A stretch of 63,799 nt of DNA, counting the filler, from Octopus bimaculoides (Eukaryota), in NCBI RefSeq assembly GCF_001194135.2. It is 7 parts of 6 records of this genome, joined end to end, with 100 filler letters (N's around TTAATTAATTAA, not from the genome) between each part and the next. Parts side by side here need not be neighbours in the genome. Positions count along the whole stretch, not along the records: positions 27,405 to 38,451 come from NC_068986.1; positions 38,552 to 48,815 come from NC_068984.1; 5 more parts are not named here. One strand, written 5' to 3'. The position numbers and the translations under genes are program-made. Below, piece after piece: positions 27,405 through 39,659 of this stretch (the first letter of the stretch is position 1; the number at the start of each line of letters is the position of its first letter). The notes beneath the pieces are model-generated. The model did no database searches. It was not told the origin of the DNA and saw only the letters and a list, made by a program, of their open reading frames with translations.

Positions 27405-28857
27405 TACAAGAAAGGGACAACCAAACATCTAGATAGATGATACAAAGAAAACAAAGACAGGTCATTCAGAGTTTTTTTTCATCAGTCGAGATCCAGATTA
27501 TCTTTGCAATTTCGGCTGGTTATACTCGATATTGCTCCAATCTGGCCAGCCCCAAAGAAAAACTAAGCTAAGAGCATTAGATTCCTTGGAAGAAAGCAGC
27601 GAATGTATACAAAAACAAGGACGGAAAACAAACGAATAATGTTACACAAATACAATAAAAATAATAACAGGACATAACAAAAGGTGTCTTTCAACTAAGG
27701 ACAAATTGAATTAAGCTGGCGTGTGTGGAAATAAAGCCTTACAGCAGGGATACGGCATTTCACAGGCACAGGGAGGAATATCGATGTTGCATGCACAATG
27801 GCCAAACCAAGAAAGAAAGGTCAGGCTTGGCCAAACACCGGTCACATGGGGAGAGAAGAGAGAGAGGTAGAGGCAGAGGGACAAAACATTAAAGGAGAGG
27901 CGAGAAAAAATGACAGGAACACAGTGAAGTGAAAAGTGGAGGGAAAGTGAGCAAGAAGAGAAGGCAAGGAAATGTGAGCGAGGGGAACGAAGAATGGAAT
28001 GAACAAATAAGGGTGAAAGGGCTGACAGACAGAAATAGTTGTACAAGATTTAGAAAAATGTATACTTACATATAAGAGACAAAGTGTATGTACGCCACTA
28101 TATATATATATATATAAATAATACAAAATGGGACATGAACACAAAACATCCAGACAGTTAGGTGATTACAAGAAAGGGACAACAAAACATCCAGATAGAT
28201 GATACAAAGAAAACAAGGACAGGTCATTCAGAGTTTTCTTTCATCAGTCGAGATCCAGATTATTTTTGCAATTTCGGCTGGTTATATTCAATATTGCTCC
28301 AATCTGGCCAACCCCAAGGAGAAACTAAGCTAAGAGCATTAGATTCCTTGGAAGAAAGTAGCAAATGTATACAAAAACAAGGACAGAAAAAAAAACGAAT
28401 AATGTTACACAAATACAATAAAAATAATAACAGGACATAACATAAGGTGTCTTTTGACTAAGGATGAATTAAATTAAGCTGGCATGTGTGGAAATAAAGC
28501 GTTATGGCAGGGATACAACATTGCACAGGTACAGGGAGGAATATCGATGTGCACATACAATAGCCAGCCAAGAAAGAACGGTCAGGCTTGGCCGAACGCT
28601 GGTCACATGGGAAGAGAAGAGAGAAAGGTAGGGGCAAAGGGACAAAAGAATAAAGGAAGGGCGAGAAAAAATGACAGGGACACAGTGAAGTGGAAAGTGG
28701 AGGGAAAGTGAGCAATAAGAGAAGGTAAGGAAATGTGAGCAAGGGGATCGAAGAGTGGAATAAACAAATAAGGGTGAAAGGACTGATAGACAGAAATAGT
28801 CATACAAGATTTAGAAAAATGTATACTTACATATAAGAAAAAAGTGTACATAGACGG

Positions 28858-28860
<3 letters not shown>
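27405..28860. repeat. Two diverged tandem copies of a ~762 bp unit
   Basis: TACAAGAAAGGGACAAC at 27405 and 28167; collinear similarity to the (TA)n ends at ~28100 and ~28860. Confidence 0.9.
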
Positions 28861-28894
<34 letters not shown>

Positions 28895-28897
<3 letters not shown>

Positions 28898-31770
28898 GGG
28901 TTGGACAAAATGATGGAAATACCTAGCATCATAGCCTCATAGTTTTGAAATATCTATAAAACCGTCAAAAGCTTGTTTACTTTTATGTTTTTTTTTATTT
29001 ATTATTAGCGTTGTTTAATATGTTTTGCTAAAATTGCTGTTTCTTTTCAGATGTCATNNNNNNNNNNNNNNNNNNNNNNNNNNNNNNNNNNNNNNNNNNN
29101 NNNNNNNNNNNNNNNNNNNNNNNNNNNNNNNNNNNNNNNNNNNNNNNNNNNNNNNNNNNNNNNNNNNNNNNNNNNNNNNNNNNNNNNNNNNNNNNNNNNN
29201 NNNNNNNNNNNNNNNNNNNNNNNNNNNNNNNNNNNNNNNNNNNNNNNNNNNNNNNNNNNNNNNNNNNNNNNNNNNNNNNNNNNNNNNNNNNNNNNNNNNN
29301 NNNNNNNNNNTCCTCATCAAAACAAAATTCTGGAAAAAAACCAAAACTTTCAGATAAGAACCATCGGACTCTTGCGCAAATTGTTAGAAAGGATCACAAA
29401 AGTACAGCTCCCAAAATTACTGCAGAACTTAATGACCACCTCAAGAATCCAGTTTCCACAATAACTGTTTGCCGAGAGCTGCACAAAGCCTGATTTCATG
29501 GGAAGGCTGCAATCAGAAAACCACTGCTTTCAAAAACAAACGTTGCAAAGCGTTTCGAGTGGAGTAAAAACCCACAGAATTGGTCCCTAGAGCAGTGGAA
29601 GAATGTTATTTTCTCGGGTGAGTCATCCTTTACCTTATTTTCAACCACCGGCCAAGTATCCGTGTGGAGACAGCCAAAAGAAGCATTTGACCCAGACTGC
29701 CTTCTTCCAACTGTTAAACATGGAGGAGGATCTGTGATGATCTGGTGGTGTTATATCTTGGAAATCCACTGGCCCAATCGTTTCCCTTCATGGCAGAATT
29801 AATAGTCAAGACTAATTAAGCATTTTATCTAATCAAATTCATCCTATGTTTGGGGAACTGTTTCCAGTGGGAAATGCAATCTTTCAGGATGATAATGCAC
29901 CAATTCACACAGCTAAATTTGTTACTGAATGGTGTGAGGAACATTCTTGTGAAGTTAGGTAGAAACTCTATAAGATGTACCCAGTGCAAGCTATGGACAC
30001 ATAAGAGGTGCAACAATATCAAAGGCACGTTAACTAGGAAGTTAGTTTTTGTATGTGGCAGATGTTCAGGTGCAATAAACACTGAAAATATGCAGAAAAC
30101 AACTTCTGTCTCATTCCAGGGAGAAAAACTAGAGGTAGTTGATAGCTTCCGCTATCTGGGTGAACAAGTTAGTAGTGGGGGTGGGTGCGCTGAAAGTGTA
30201 GCTGCTAGAATAAGAATAGCCTGGGCAAAGTTCAGAGAGCTCTTACCTCTGCTGGCGACAAAGGGTCTCTCGCTCAGAGTAAAAGGCAGACTGTATGACG
30301 CATGTATACGAACAGCCATGCTACATGGCAATGAAACATGGGCCTTGACTGGTGAGGACATGCGTAAGCTCGCAAGGAATGAAGCCAGTATGCTCTGATG
30401 AATGAGTAATGTCAGTGTGCATACCTGACAGAGTGTAAGTATCTTGAGAGAAAAGTTGAACCTAAGAAGCATCAGTTATGGTGTGCAAGAGAGACGATTG
30501 CGCTGATATGGACATGTGGCAAGAATGGATGAGGATAGCTGTGTGAAAAAGTGCCACACCTTAGCGATTGAGGGAACCCATGGAAGAGGCAGGTCCAGGA
30601 AGACCTGGGATGAGGTGGTGAAGCATGACCTCCGAACTTTAGGCTTCACCAAGGCAATGACTTCTGACCGAGACCTTTGGAAATATGCTGTGCGTGAGAA
30701 GACCCAGCAAGCCAAGTGAGACCAAAATCCAAGGCCTCTGCCAGGGATGTAGCCAGCCCACTTATGCGTAACATTCCTTCTTTGGACANNNNNNNNNNNN
30801 NNNNNNNNNNNNNNNNNNNNNNNNNNNNNNNNNNNNNNNNNNNNNNNNNNNNNNNNNNNNNNNNNNNNNNNNNNNNNNNNNNNNNNNNNNNNNNNNNNNN
30901 NNNNNNNNNNNNNNNNNNNNNNNNNNNNNNNNNCTAAACTCCGCTTGCGAAGACCTGTTGAGGCAAGTAAAATCGAAATCGAACTAAATTTGTAGACTGG
31001 CACCCATGCCAACGTCTTCATTGAGCACTAAACTCGGCTTGCGAAGACCTGTTGGGGCAAGCAAAAGCGAAATCGTGATGGCACCAGTACCAGTAAATCA
31101 CTAAGAGCAGAGCACTGTCCGAGCATGATCATTGCCAGAGCGCCAGCCGTCTGGCTTTCATGCCGGTGGCACATAAATAGCACCATATGAGCATGAACAT
31201 TATCAACGTCACCTCCCTGGCACTTGTGCCAGTGGCACATGAAAAGACATTCGAGCGAGTTCTTTGCCAGTACCGCTGGACTGGCTCCTGTGCAGGTGGC
31301 ACGTAAAATACACCATTTCGAGCGTGGCCGTTGCCAGTACCTCCTGACTGGCATTCGTGCCGATGGCACATAAAAGCAACCACTACACTTTCTGAGTGGT
31401 TGGCGTTAGGAAGGGTATCCAGCTGTAGAAACTCTGCCAAATCAGATTGGAGCCTGGTGTATCCATCTGGTTCACCTGTCTTCAGTCAAATCGTCCAGCC
31501 CATGCTAGCATGGAAAGCGGACATTAAACGATGATGATGATGATGATGATGATTTATGGTGCGTTTTATGGTGCGTTTTAGAAAATCAAGTCATCACTAC
31601 AAGAACTGGAGACTGTTTTAGGTGAAGAATGGACAAAAATTCCTTTGCACGAGTCCATACCTCATAGAATTCAAGCTGTAATTACTGCCAAAGGCGGTCC
31701 TACCACATATTAAAATAAATTTGTTTGTTTGAAATTTTAAGGTGTTTCCATTATTTTGTCCAACCCCTCG
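28895..31770 (+). mobile_element. Tc1-like transposon interrupted by an RTE LINE
   Basis: TIR CATGGGTTGGACAAAATGATGGAAATACCT after TA (28895) and inverted AGGTGTTTCCATTATTTTGTCCAACCCCT (31740-31768); IFQDDNAPIHTAK at ~29878-29916; C-terminus IQAVITAKGGPTTY-stop at ~31670-31713. Confidence 0.9.
29957..31553 (+). mobile_element. 5'-truncated RTE-clade LINE with long 3' UTR and (GAT)n tail
   Basis: LEVVDSFRYLG, ARIRIAWAKFRELLPLL, MLHGNETW, YGHVARMDE, GRGRSRKTW; tail GACATTAAAC(GAT)n. Confidence 0.92.
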
Positions 31771-32640
31771 TGTCCTTGCCCCCTAGTGGCTTCCCTCTCC
31801 TCTCACATCCACCACACTGACCATGCTCTTCATTTTTTCAACTCTTTCTCCTTCCCTCCTGGCCCCTCTAAACTCCTCTTCACTCTTGATATCAAGAGCC
31901 TATATAGGGTGATTTCACACCACGAGGGGCTTCTTACCCTCAAACACTACCCAGACCTTCGACCTAACCCCCAACCCAACACGTCCATACTTCGTCTTCT
32001 GGCTGAACTTGTTCTCTCCCTTAACTGCTTCTCATTTGCAGGTGAGTTTTATCAACAGATCTCAGGAGTAGCCTGCCGTTACCCATCTTCCATTTCCCTT
32101 CACCTACTACTCCTCCAATGCACCATTCTCCGAGCCTTCTGGCGACTCTGGTCCGACCCCTCCACTTCACACATCTTCCCCAACCTACCCTTCCCCTCCT
32201 TCAAATTAACTCACAACCTACATGACCTTCTGGTCCACAGTTTCTTCCCTAACCCCACCTCCCAACCCAGCTCGTTCCCCTGTTCCCGCCCATGCTGCCA
32301 TACTGGCCCCTATCTCTCCAACACCACCCTCCTCACAGGTACCCATCATCATCCCCATCATATCACTGACTCCTTCACCTGCACTTCTAGCAACGTCATT
32401 TACTGCATCTCCTGCTCTTTCTGTTCTTCTCTATACATCGGTCAAACGGGACACTGCTTGGCTGACCGGTTTGTGGAATACCTCCGAAACATCAGACTCA
32501 GCAACGACACCCCTGTCTTGTGCCATTCCGCTCTACCGGTCATTCATTACAACACCTGTCTATGTTCAGATTGTCCTTGCACAGGGGTCATCCTCTCTCC
32601 TGCCTTCGCCATGAACAGGATTTAATCTTCTCTCTTCACT
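31770..32640 (+). mobile_element. Internally deleted Penelope-like element (Neptune/Poseidon-like), RT N-part plus GIY-YIG
   Basis: LFTLDIKSLY, FYQQISGVA, FPCSRPCC, FTCTSSNVIYCISCSFCSSLYIGQTG; RT catalytic core absent. Confidence 0.85.
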
Positions 32641-33999
32641 CCTTTGTGTCACATGTGCTCAACTCTCCTTCTCTCTTCATCTGACTCCCCTCCCCTCTTC
32701 ATCTGATTCCCCTCCTCTCTCCTCTCATACCTACTACCTCTCTTCACTCCCACCACCTCTCCTCCTCTCTTGCCCTGACACCTACTTCCTCTCTCCACTC
32801 CTACCCACCTTCTCCCTTCATCATTACCCCATCCATTCACCCATACACATCCCAACCTCACCATCCCTATACATCCCAATCCCCCACCCATCCCACTCAC
32901 CCCACCCTTGCATCTCCCCACCCTCACNNNNNNNNNNNNNNNNNNNNNNNNNNNNNNNNNNNNNNNNNNNNNNNNNNNNNNNNNNNNNNNNNNNNNNNNN
33001 NNNNNNNNNNNNNNNNNNNNNNNNNNNNNNNNNNNNNNNNNNNNNNNNNNNNNNNNNNNNNNNNNNNNNNNNNNNNNNNNNNNNNNNNNNNNNNNNNNNN
33101 NNNNNNNNNNNNNNNNNNNNNNNNNNNNNNNNNNNNNNNNNNNNNNNNNNNNNNNNNNNNNNNNNNNNNNNNNNNNNNNNNNNNNNNNNNNNNNNNNNNN
33201 NNNNNNNNNNNNNNNNNNNNNNNNNNNNNNNNNNNNNNNNNNNNNNNNNNNNNNNNNNNNNNNNNNNNNNNNNNNNNNNNNNNNNNNNNNNNNNNNNNNN
33301 NNNNNNNNNNNNNNNNNNNNNNNNNNNNNNNNNNNNNNNNNNNNNNNNNNNNNNNNNNNNNNNNNNNNNNNNNNNNNNNNNNNNNNNNNNNNNNNNNNNN
33401 NNNNNNNNNNNNNNNNNNNNNNNNNNNNNNNNNNNNNNNNNNNNNNNNNNNNNNNNNNNNNNNNNNNNNNNNNNNNNNNNNNNNNNNNNNNNNNNNNNNN
33501 NNNNNNNNNNNNNNNNNNNNNNNNNNNNNNNNNNNNNNNNNNNNNNNNNNNNNNNNNNNNNNNNNNNNNNNNNNNNNNNNNNNNNNNNNNNNNNNNNNNN
33601 NNNNNNNNNNNNNNNNNNNNNNNNNNNNNNNNNNNNNNNNNNNNNNNNNNNNNNNNNNNNNNNNNNNNNNNNNNNNNNNNNNNNNNNNNNNNNNNNNNNN
33701 NNNNNNNNNNNNNNNNNNATACAAGCAAATATTAAAATGTATCTATATATATAACTTTATATCTATAAGTGAGTGGACAAAATAAGTGGTGCTGAACACA
33801 ATTAGTAGGAGTTGATAACTGTTTGATTCAACTCCATGCAACTTAAAATTTCATAGGCTTGCAGAGCAAAATTGGCTCATCAGCAAACTGCTATTAAATA
33901 ATACATGTAAGCAAAATTTTCTTCCTTTGCATAGCACTCACTGAAATGCATCTAAGGTGTGATGCCAAAGTATTTTGTTTTATGAACTTACAGAAAAAA

Positions 34000-34650
34000 G
34001 GATCATAGTGGAGATGCAATGTACATCCATGAAAACCTTATGCTCCAGGCCCTGTTGTCATACTCAAACTCAATATGTGACACACTAATTGTATATATAA
34101 GGCAACTCAATATAATTATATAAATTGCATATTAGTCACCAGATACTCCAAATCAAACAGACAAGTTTGAAGATGACCTCACCAAAATAGAAGTTCTAAC
34201 CAAATTAGAATAACACATCAATGTACTTCTTATAAGAGAATTCAACTTATCCAGCATGGGATGGCCTGAGGGCCTTTCTTTTGCTGGAATGATGTGGCAC
34301 AAACAAGAACAGGTGGAGTCCCTGCTTTCAATCACACCAGCATATTACTCATGGAACATATAGCACTCCAGCCAACCTATACTGGATCTCAGCTTCACAA
34401 ATAATATGGTAAAAGTGACACTTGGATCACAATACAGTGATCATGTACAGACCAAAGGAAGACACAGACACACAGTATATAAGAAACACCCTAAATCAAT
34501 CCAGTCTGAATTTCCATAAAATAAATTAGAAATTAATTCAGAAAGAGATCCTCAAACAGAATGTCTCCCCACACATGTCATTCACTTGAAACTTAAACAA
34601 ATCATGTCCATAGTGCTACAAACTTGTCCCAGAGAGGAAGACAGTTGTGC
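34000..34650 (+). mobile_element. Decayed APE-endonuclease region of a CR1-type LINE
   Basis: NVLLIREFNLSSMGWPEG (GDFN-like), QVESLL, ILDLSFTNN. Confidence 0.55.
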
Positions 34651-34789
34651 TCAAGAAAAAAATTCCCAACAAGAGGAAAGTTCTTATGAGACACTGTACA
34701 AAGATTGTGAATGTATATATCTATGTGAGTGAGTGAGTGCATGAACTGAACTGTTCAGTTCAGTCCACTCCAGTCCAATCCAATCAGGT

Positions 34790-35880
34790 TGTTCTTCTTG
34801 CCAATAGAGAAAGAGCCAGTTTCTAACCTACATTCAAGGCACCTTCATTGGAATTTAAACATCAACAACAGGGTATTTTTGTATGTATACATGCAGATTT
34901 GTATGTTTTGTTTTATGTATGTCTTCTCATGCATATAGTTGCATATCTAGACATGCTCATATATACTTAAATGATAAACTGCTGGCAAGTTTTACAGATT
35001 TTTACAGTTCCAGTGATGGATTAGATCTGTAGTCTTCGAATCAGCCTTCTCCTTTCTGGTTTTGAGAAGCCTAATTTCTCAAGATTGATATTTAGACAGT
35101 GTGTTACATATCCCAATGCCCCAATAATTACATTTGTAAGTCTCAATTTGTAATCTGGATAGAGTAACTGCAGTTTTCCCCATAGTTCAGCATGGGTAGT
35201 CTCTTTTACACTGACTTTCAGCTTTGTGTTAATCTCTGCTGAGAGCTGATTTCCACAATTGTATACAGTTTCTCTTCTCCATCCCAAATCATTATATCAG
35301 ATCTATTGTGGTTACATTTTGAGGTTTTCACTGCGACATTCCACCAGTACTCCTTTTAATTATGAGTGACTTTGACCTCCACCATACTGTGCATTCTCTG
35401 AGTTATCCTTTTGATGGATCTCATTATACAGTGTCCTAGCTACAATATAATGCCTCATCAGTAGATGACATCTTCAGACAACTGCTTATGATGCAGGTGA
35501 TATCTTCAGGGTTAACTCCACAAAGTCTGCAGTGGTTATCACATTTTGCTGCTTTTCCTGCATCTCTGTACATTTTGTGCATCAGATATTTGGTTGATAT
35601 TTCCTGTTCAAGGATTGCAAACAAATACCGTTCAAAGTGGGAAATAGTAATCTGGTTGCTGGTCCATGACAGACTGCTTTGATGATCAATGTTACTATCA
35701 TCTTGAAGCTTTCTACTAACATATCCATGCATGGTCTTCTGCTCATATATGCTCATCCTTTATACAGGTAGCTTCAAATCCTCCATGTCAGCTAGCTGCA
35801 ACTTTAATCTTTATGCTCACCAATACATCAAACTATCCCTGAAAAAAGGAGTCATTAAAAAAAACATCAAATTTTGCCTA
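34790..35880 (-). mobile_element. RLE-type LINE 3' part, same family as 3900-4940
   Basis: GYVSRKLQDDSNIDHQ...CRLCGVNPEDITCIISSC; QLLYPDYKLRL...LGFSKPERRRLIRRLQI. Confidence 0.88.
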
Positions 35881-36234
35881 AATAACTTGTATATAAATAT
35901 ATACACGTGCGTGTGAATGCATGCACACACATACACACATGTATGTATGCATGTGTATGTGTGTGTTCTTATATGTATGTATATTTATGTTGTTGTATAT
36001 CATTGCTTATGGCATATGACCAATCAGAAAATTACAGTTAGTGTCATGTCTACTATCACACTTGGCAATATAGGCAACTCATCAGACCTGCTGGCCAGAA
36101 GCACATAGCCTCTTTACTAATGGAGGTTAAATATACAGTCTTGGACAGCTTGGTGGTTGAAAAAAAAAGCAGGATGAAAAGACCCATTCTGAGATGGTAT
36201 GTTTCCTTATTCTTCAGTCCAAAAACAGGTAAGA

Positions 36235-36545
36235 CCACATTTCCAAAATGAATTTTCTGTCACGAGGGCATCAGCCAAAAATTTCACTTTTTGAAATCAA
36301 GAATGCACTTTTCAGCCAAGCAAAGTTAGTACCATCTGCTTCTGTTGAGGTATGGCCTAAGTTGTTTCAGCAGCTTCCAGTTAATTCTTTTGATTGCTGG
36401 CTAATGTAACATTGTGCCTCTCAGGGATCATAAAAGAGGACCTGTTGTTATTTAGCCTGGCCTTAAAGGGGCTCTCTGTTGCTCCAACATATTTGTGTGT
36501 AAGTTTGCTGCTACTGTTAGACACCACCTTTGCTTCATAGTTCAC
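36235..36545 (-). mobile_element. Penelope-like GIY-YIG C-terminal fragment
   Basis: Minus strand YEAKVV...KYVGATESPFKARLNN; INWKLLKQLRPYL...LCLAEKCILD. Confidence 0.75.
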
Positions 36546-36559
36546 AGCCTTGGTTTATT

Positions 36560-36850
36560 AGGGCTACAGCTAAGGTTTCCACAGGAAGAGTTTGATACAA
36601 AGGAAGAGAACAAATAATTCTGGTGCTGATAAATTTGTAAGAAACAAAGTTAAAAAAACATTTGAACAAGTTCATAATTTGAAAAGAAGGGAATTGCATA
36701 ACAAAAGCATAAGAATATATAGAATAAGAGACAAAGAGCATGATGTAATATCAGAAGAATTGAAACAAAGAACAGTAGCAATCAAGGCAAATGAATCAGA
36801 GGTGTAGAGGAATAGTCACTAGGCTTCTAATTCAGTCTAATATCTCATCT
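36560..36850 (+). mobile_element. N-terminal fragment of an R4/Dong-like ORF
   Basis: YRIRDKEHDVISEELKQRTVAIKA resembles the conserved IEELKQR motif upstream of the RT. Confidence 0.55.
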
Positions 36851-37074
36851 GTGTCCAGTATGATAAATTACCAGATCTGCAGTAGCGTTTTATCTAATAT
36901 TCTTTTACTGAGCCCACATAGTTCTGATATAGACAGACATTTTAGCCTGATATTGTACACACACACTCACACATGCATTTTCTTTGATCATATTTAAACC
37001 ACACATACATTAAATATAAACTTTTAACCAACACTAATTGTATGGATATATGTATGTATATACCTTATCCGTAG

Positions 37075-37337
37075 ATTCCTTGCTCACTCAATGGAGAAGG
37101 GATTGGGCTGTCGCTGAGTAATGGCTCATTATCTGGTGTGAAGTGCACAGTGCATATCAAGTGCTTTGTGGGCGCCAGCGCAGCCGATGCATGACCCTTA
37201 GTTGAGAACAGTGTTGGCCAGGGAGTTTGACTGGGGCAGTACGTCTGTCAAATGGTAACGCAGGTGTCCCAAGGCGACCTCAGTGTGGATGGAAACCACA
37301 CATCAAGCAAAGGGGCATAAGCTCACTCTATCTTGAT
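37075..37337 (+). pseudogene. Dispersed, decayed 28S rRNA fragment (domain V, P-loop region)
   Basis: GGGAGTTTGACTGGGGCAGTACGTCTGTCAAATGGTAACGCAGGTGTCC...AAGCTC...TCTTGAT matches the 28S core; upstream part matches only weakly; A7 follows. Confidence 0.88.
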
Positions 37338-38551
37338 AAAAAAAGAGATCAACTGGTTGAGTTTCAATCCTCTCTTGGGATATCATCAGCAATTTTATAT
37401 TTAAACTGGATAGACTATAAAAATGGTCTATCCAGTTTATTTAAGCACTTCACTAATAGTGGGTTTATTAGCAGTGTCTCTGTGAACAATAATAGAGGAT
37501 CATTCTGTTTCTGGTGAAATCCAGATACAGGATTGATTGTAGTTTAAATGATCCCATTTTTTCTGTCCACAATGAGACTATGTAATAGGCGAAGTGTTTC
37601 CATCTGTCTATGCATACAGTGTTGACTAAAAACTATACAATCTGGTATACGGTATAACTCTTTGCTCTAAGGGAGATAATTCATTCACCAGTTTTTTTTA
37701 TTTGTAATTTTTGTAATAAAATACCTGAAATAAAAAAATTAAATTAATATTGCCTTCAGTATCAATAAAATTCAAATTTTTTCTTCTGAGGAATGAAAAG
37801 TGGAATTGCTAATTGAGGTTGAGCTTACATGGAATTCAAAAAAAACTAAATGATTGTAACTATAAGTAAAATTCCTTAAGTATATAACTAAAGTAGCTGG
37901 CATTTTTCATGATATACAAAATGTTATATATATAGTTTCTATAAAAATTAAGTTTGTAACAAAAGCAAACAAAAATAGTTGGGGCAAGGATTTTTTTAAA
38001 AATATCTACTCATTTATTTTATTTGTCTTGTGACATTCACACATCTGGAGATTATTGACTAGAGTAGTGTGTGGGAATCTTAAAATAAGCAAATCTGGTA
38101 CACTACACAACTTTTGTGAAAAGCATTAGGATAATGGTGTTATGATGATAATGATGATGATAATGTAATAGTGATGATTATGATGATAATGATGATGATG
38201 ATGATGGTTTGCTTATTTTCCCTTGGCTTTTCAATTTCGATAACACCCAGAAGCCACTTATCATAACAAAGAGGAATAAGGTCACTTGTAAGGTAACAAT
38301 GACTGCCAGGTAACAAAAGATCAGCTACTCAGCTTTGCCTATCTTAGCAAGTGGCCTGTAATAAATATATTAAAATTACAACTACTACAACTGCCACAAC
38401 TATAGCCATACTACTACTATACATAACATACTACTGCAAGACATACTACTGNNNNNNNNNNNNNNNNNNNNNNNNNNNNNNNNNNNNNNNNNNNNTTAAT
38501 TAATTAANNNNNNNNNNNNNNNNNNNNNNNNNNNNNNNNNNNNNNNNNNNN

Positions 38552-39562
38552 ATGTTCAATAATATTGAGATCTGGAGACTGTGGTAGCCAGATAAGATGT
38601 TCAACTTCACTAAAATGTTCCTCGTGCCATTCAGTAACAACTTTAGCTGTGTGAATTGGTGCATTATCATCCTGAAAGATTGTGTTTCCCTCCGGAAACA
38701 GTTTTGCAACCATAGGATGAATTTGATCAGATAAAATGCTTAAATAGTTTTGACTATTAATTTTGCCATGAAGAGAAACCATTGGGCTGGCAGATTTCCA
38801 AGATATAGCCCCACCACTCGATCATCACAGATCCTCCTCTATGTTTAACAGTTGGAAGAAGGCAGTCTGGGTCACATGCTTCTTTTGACTGTCTCCACAT
38901 GTATACTCGGCCTGTGGTCAGAAATATGGTAAAGGATGACTAGTCCGAGAAAATAACATTCTTCCACTGCTCTAGAGACCAATTCTGTAGGTTTTTACGC
39001 CAATCTAAATGCTTTGCAACATTTGTTTTTGAAAGTAGTGGTTTTCTGATTGTAGCTCTCCCATGAAATCTGGCTTTGTGCAGCTCCCGGCAAACAACTT
39101 TTGTGGAAACTGGGTTCTGAAAGTGGTCATTAAGCTCTGCAGTAATTTTGGGAGCTGTACTTTTCATGATCCTTTCTAAGTATTCATTTAAGAGTCCGAC
39201 AGTCCCTATCTGAAAGTTTTGGTTTTCTTCCAGAGTTTTGTTTCAACAAGGAGGTTTTTCCTTCTTTCTCAAAGGCTGTCATTACTTTTGAGACAGTACT
39301 TCTTGATACACCAAACATTTTAGCTATTTTCATTATGCTAGCATCTGCCATACTAGCACCAACAATTTGACCTCTTTGAAAGTCTGATAGATCTGTCATT
39401 TTAATGAATTTTAATTACTTTTTTCTGATGATATCTGAAAAGAAACAGCAATTTTAGCAGAACATATTAAACAACACTAATAATAAATCAAAAAACATAA
39501 AAATAAACAAGCAAAATTATGATGCTATGATACTAGGTGTTTCCATTATTTTGTCCAACTCC

Positions 39563-39564
<2 letters not shown>
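38552..39564 (-). mobile_element. Tc1-like transposon copy (DD36E), 3' end in a gap
   Basis: MTDLSDFQRGQIVG HTH, GRKPKLS, NVIFSD, FQDDNAPIH...SPDLNIIE; TIR at 39535-39564; stop and frameshifts. Confidence 0.92.
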
Positions 39565-39607
<43 letters not shown>

Positions 39608-39659
39608 ATCTGGAGATAAGCTATCAACACCTTTGGAGACATGCTACCAAGACCTTTGG

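Noticed and set aside
29850-30398. 182-aa ORF as a novel fusion protein
   Set aside because: Chance join of an off-frame Tc1 segment with a truncated RTE ORF2
36174-36228. MKRPILRWYVSLFFSPKT-G|GTAAGA as phase-1 first exon of the HtrL-like gene
   Set aside because: Phase fits 40887, but it lacks a real TM segment and overlaps the antisense 3' end of a PLE fragment; unsupported without RNA data
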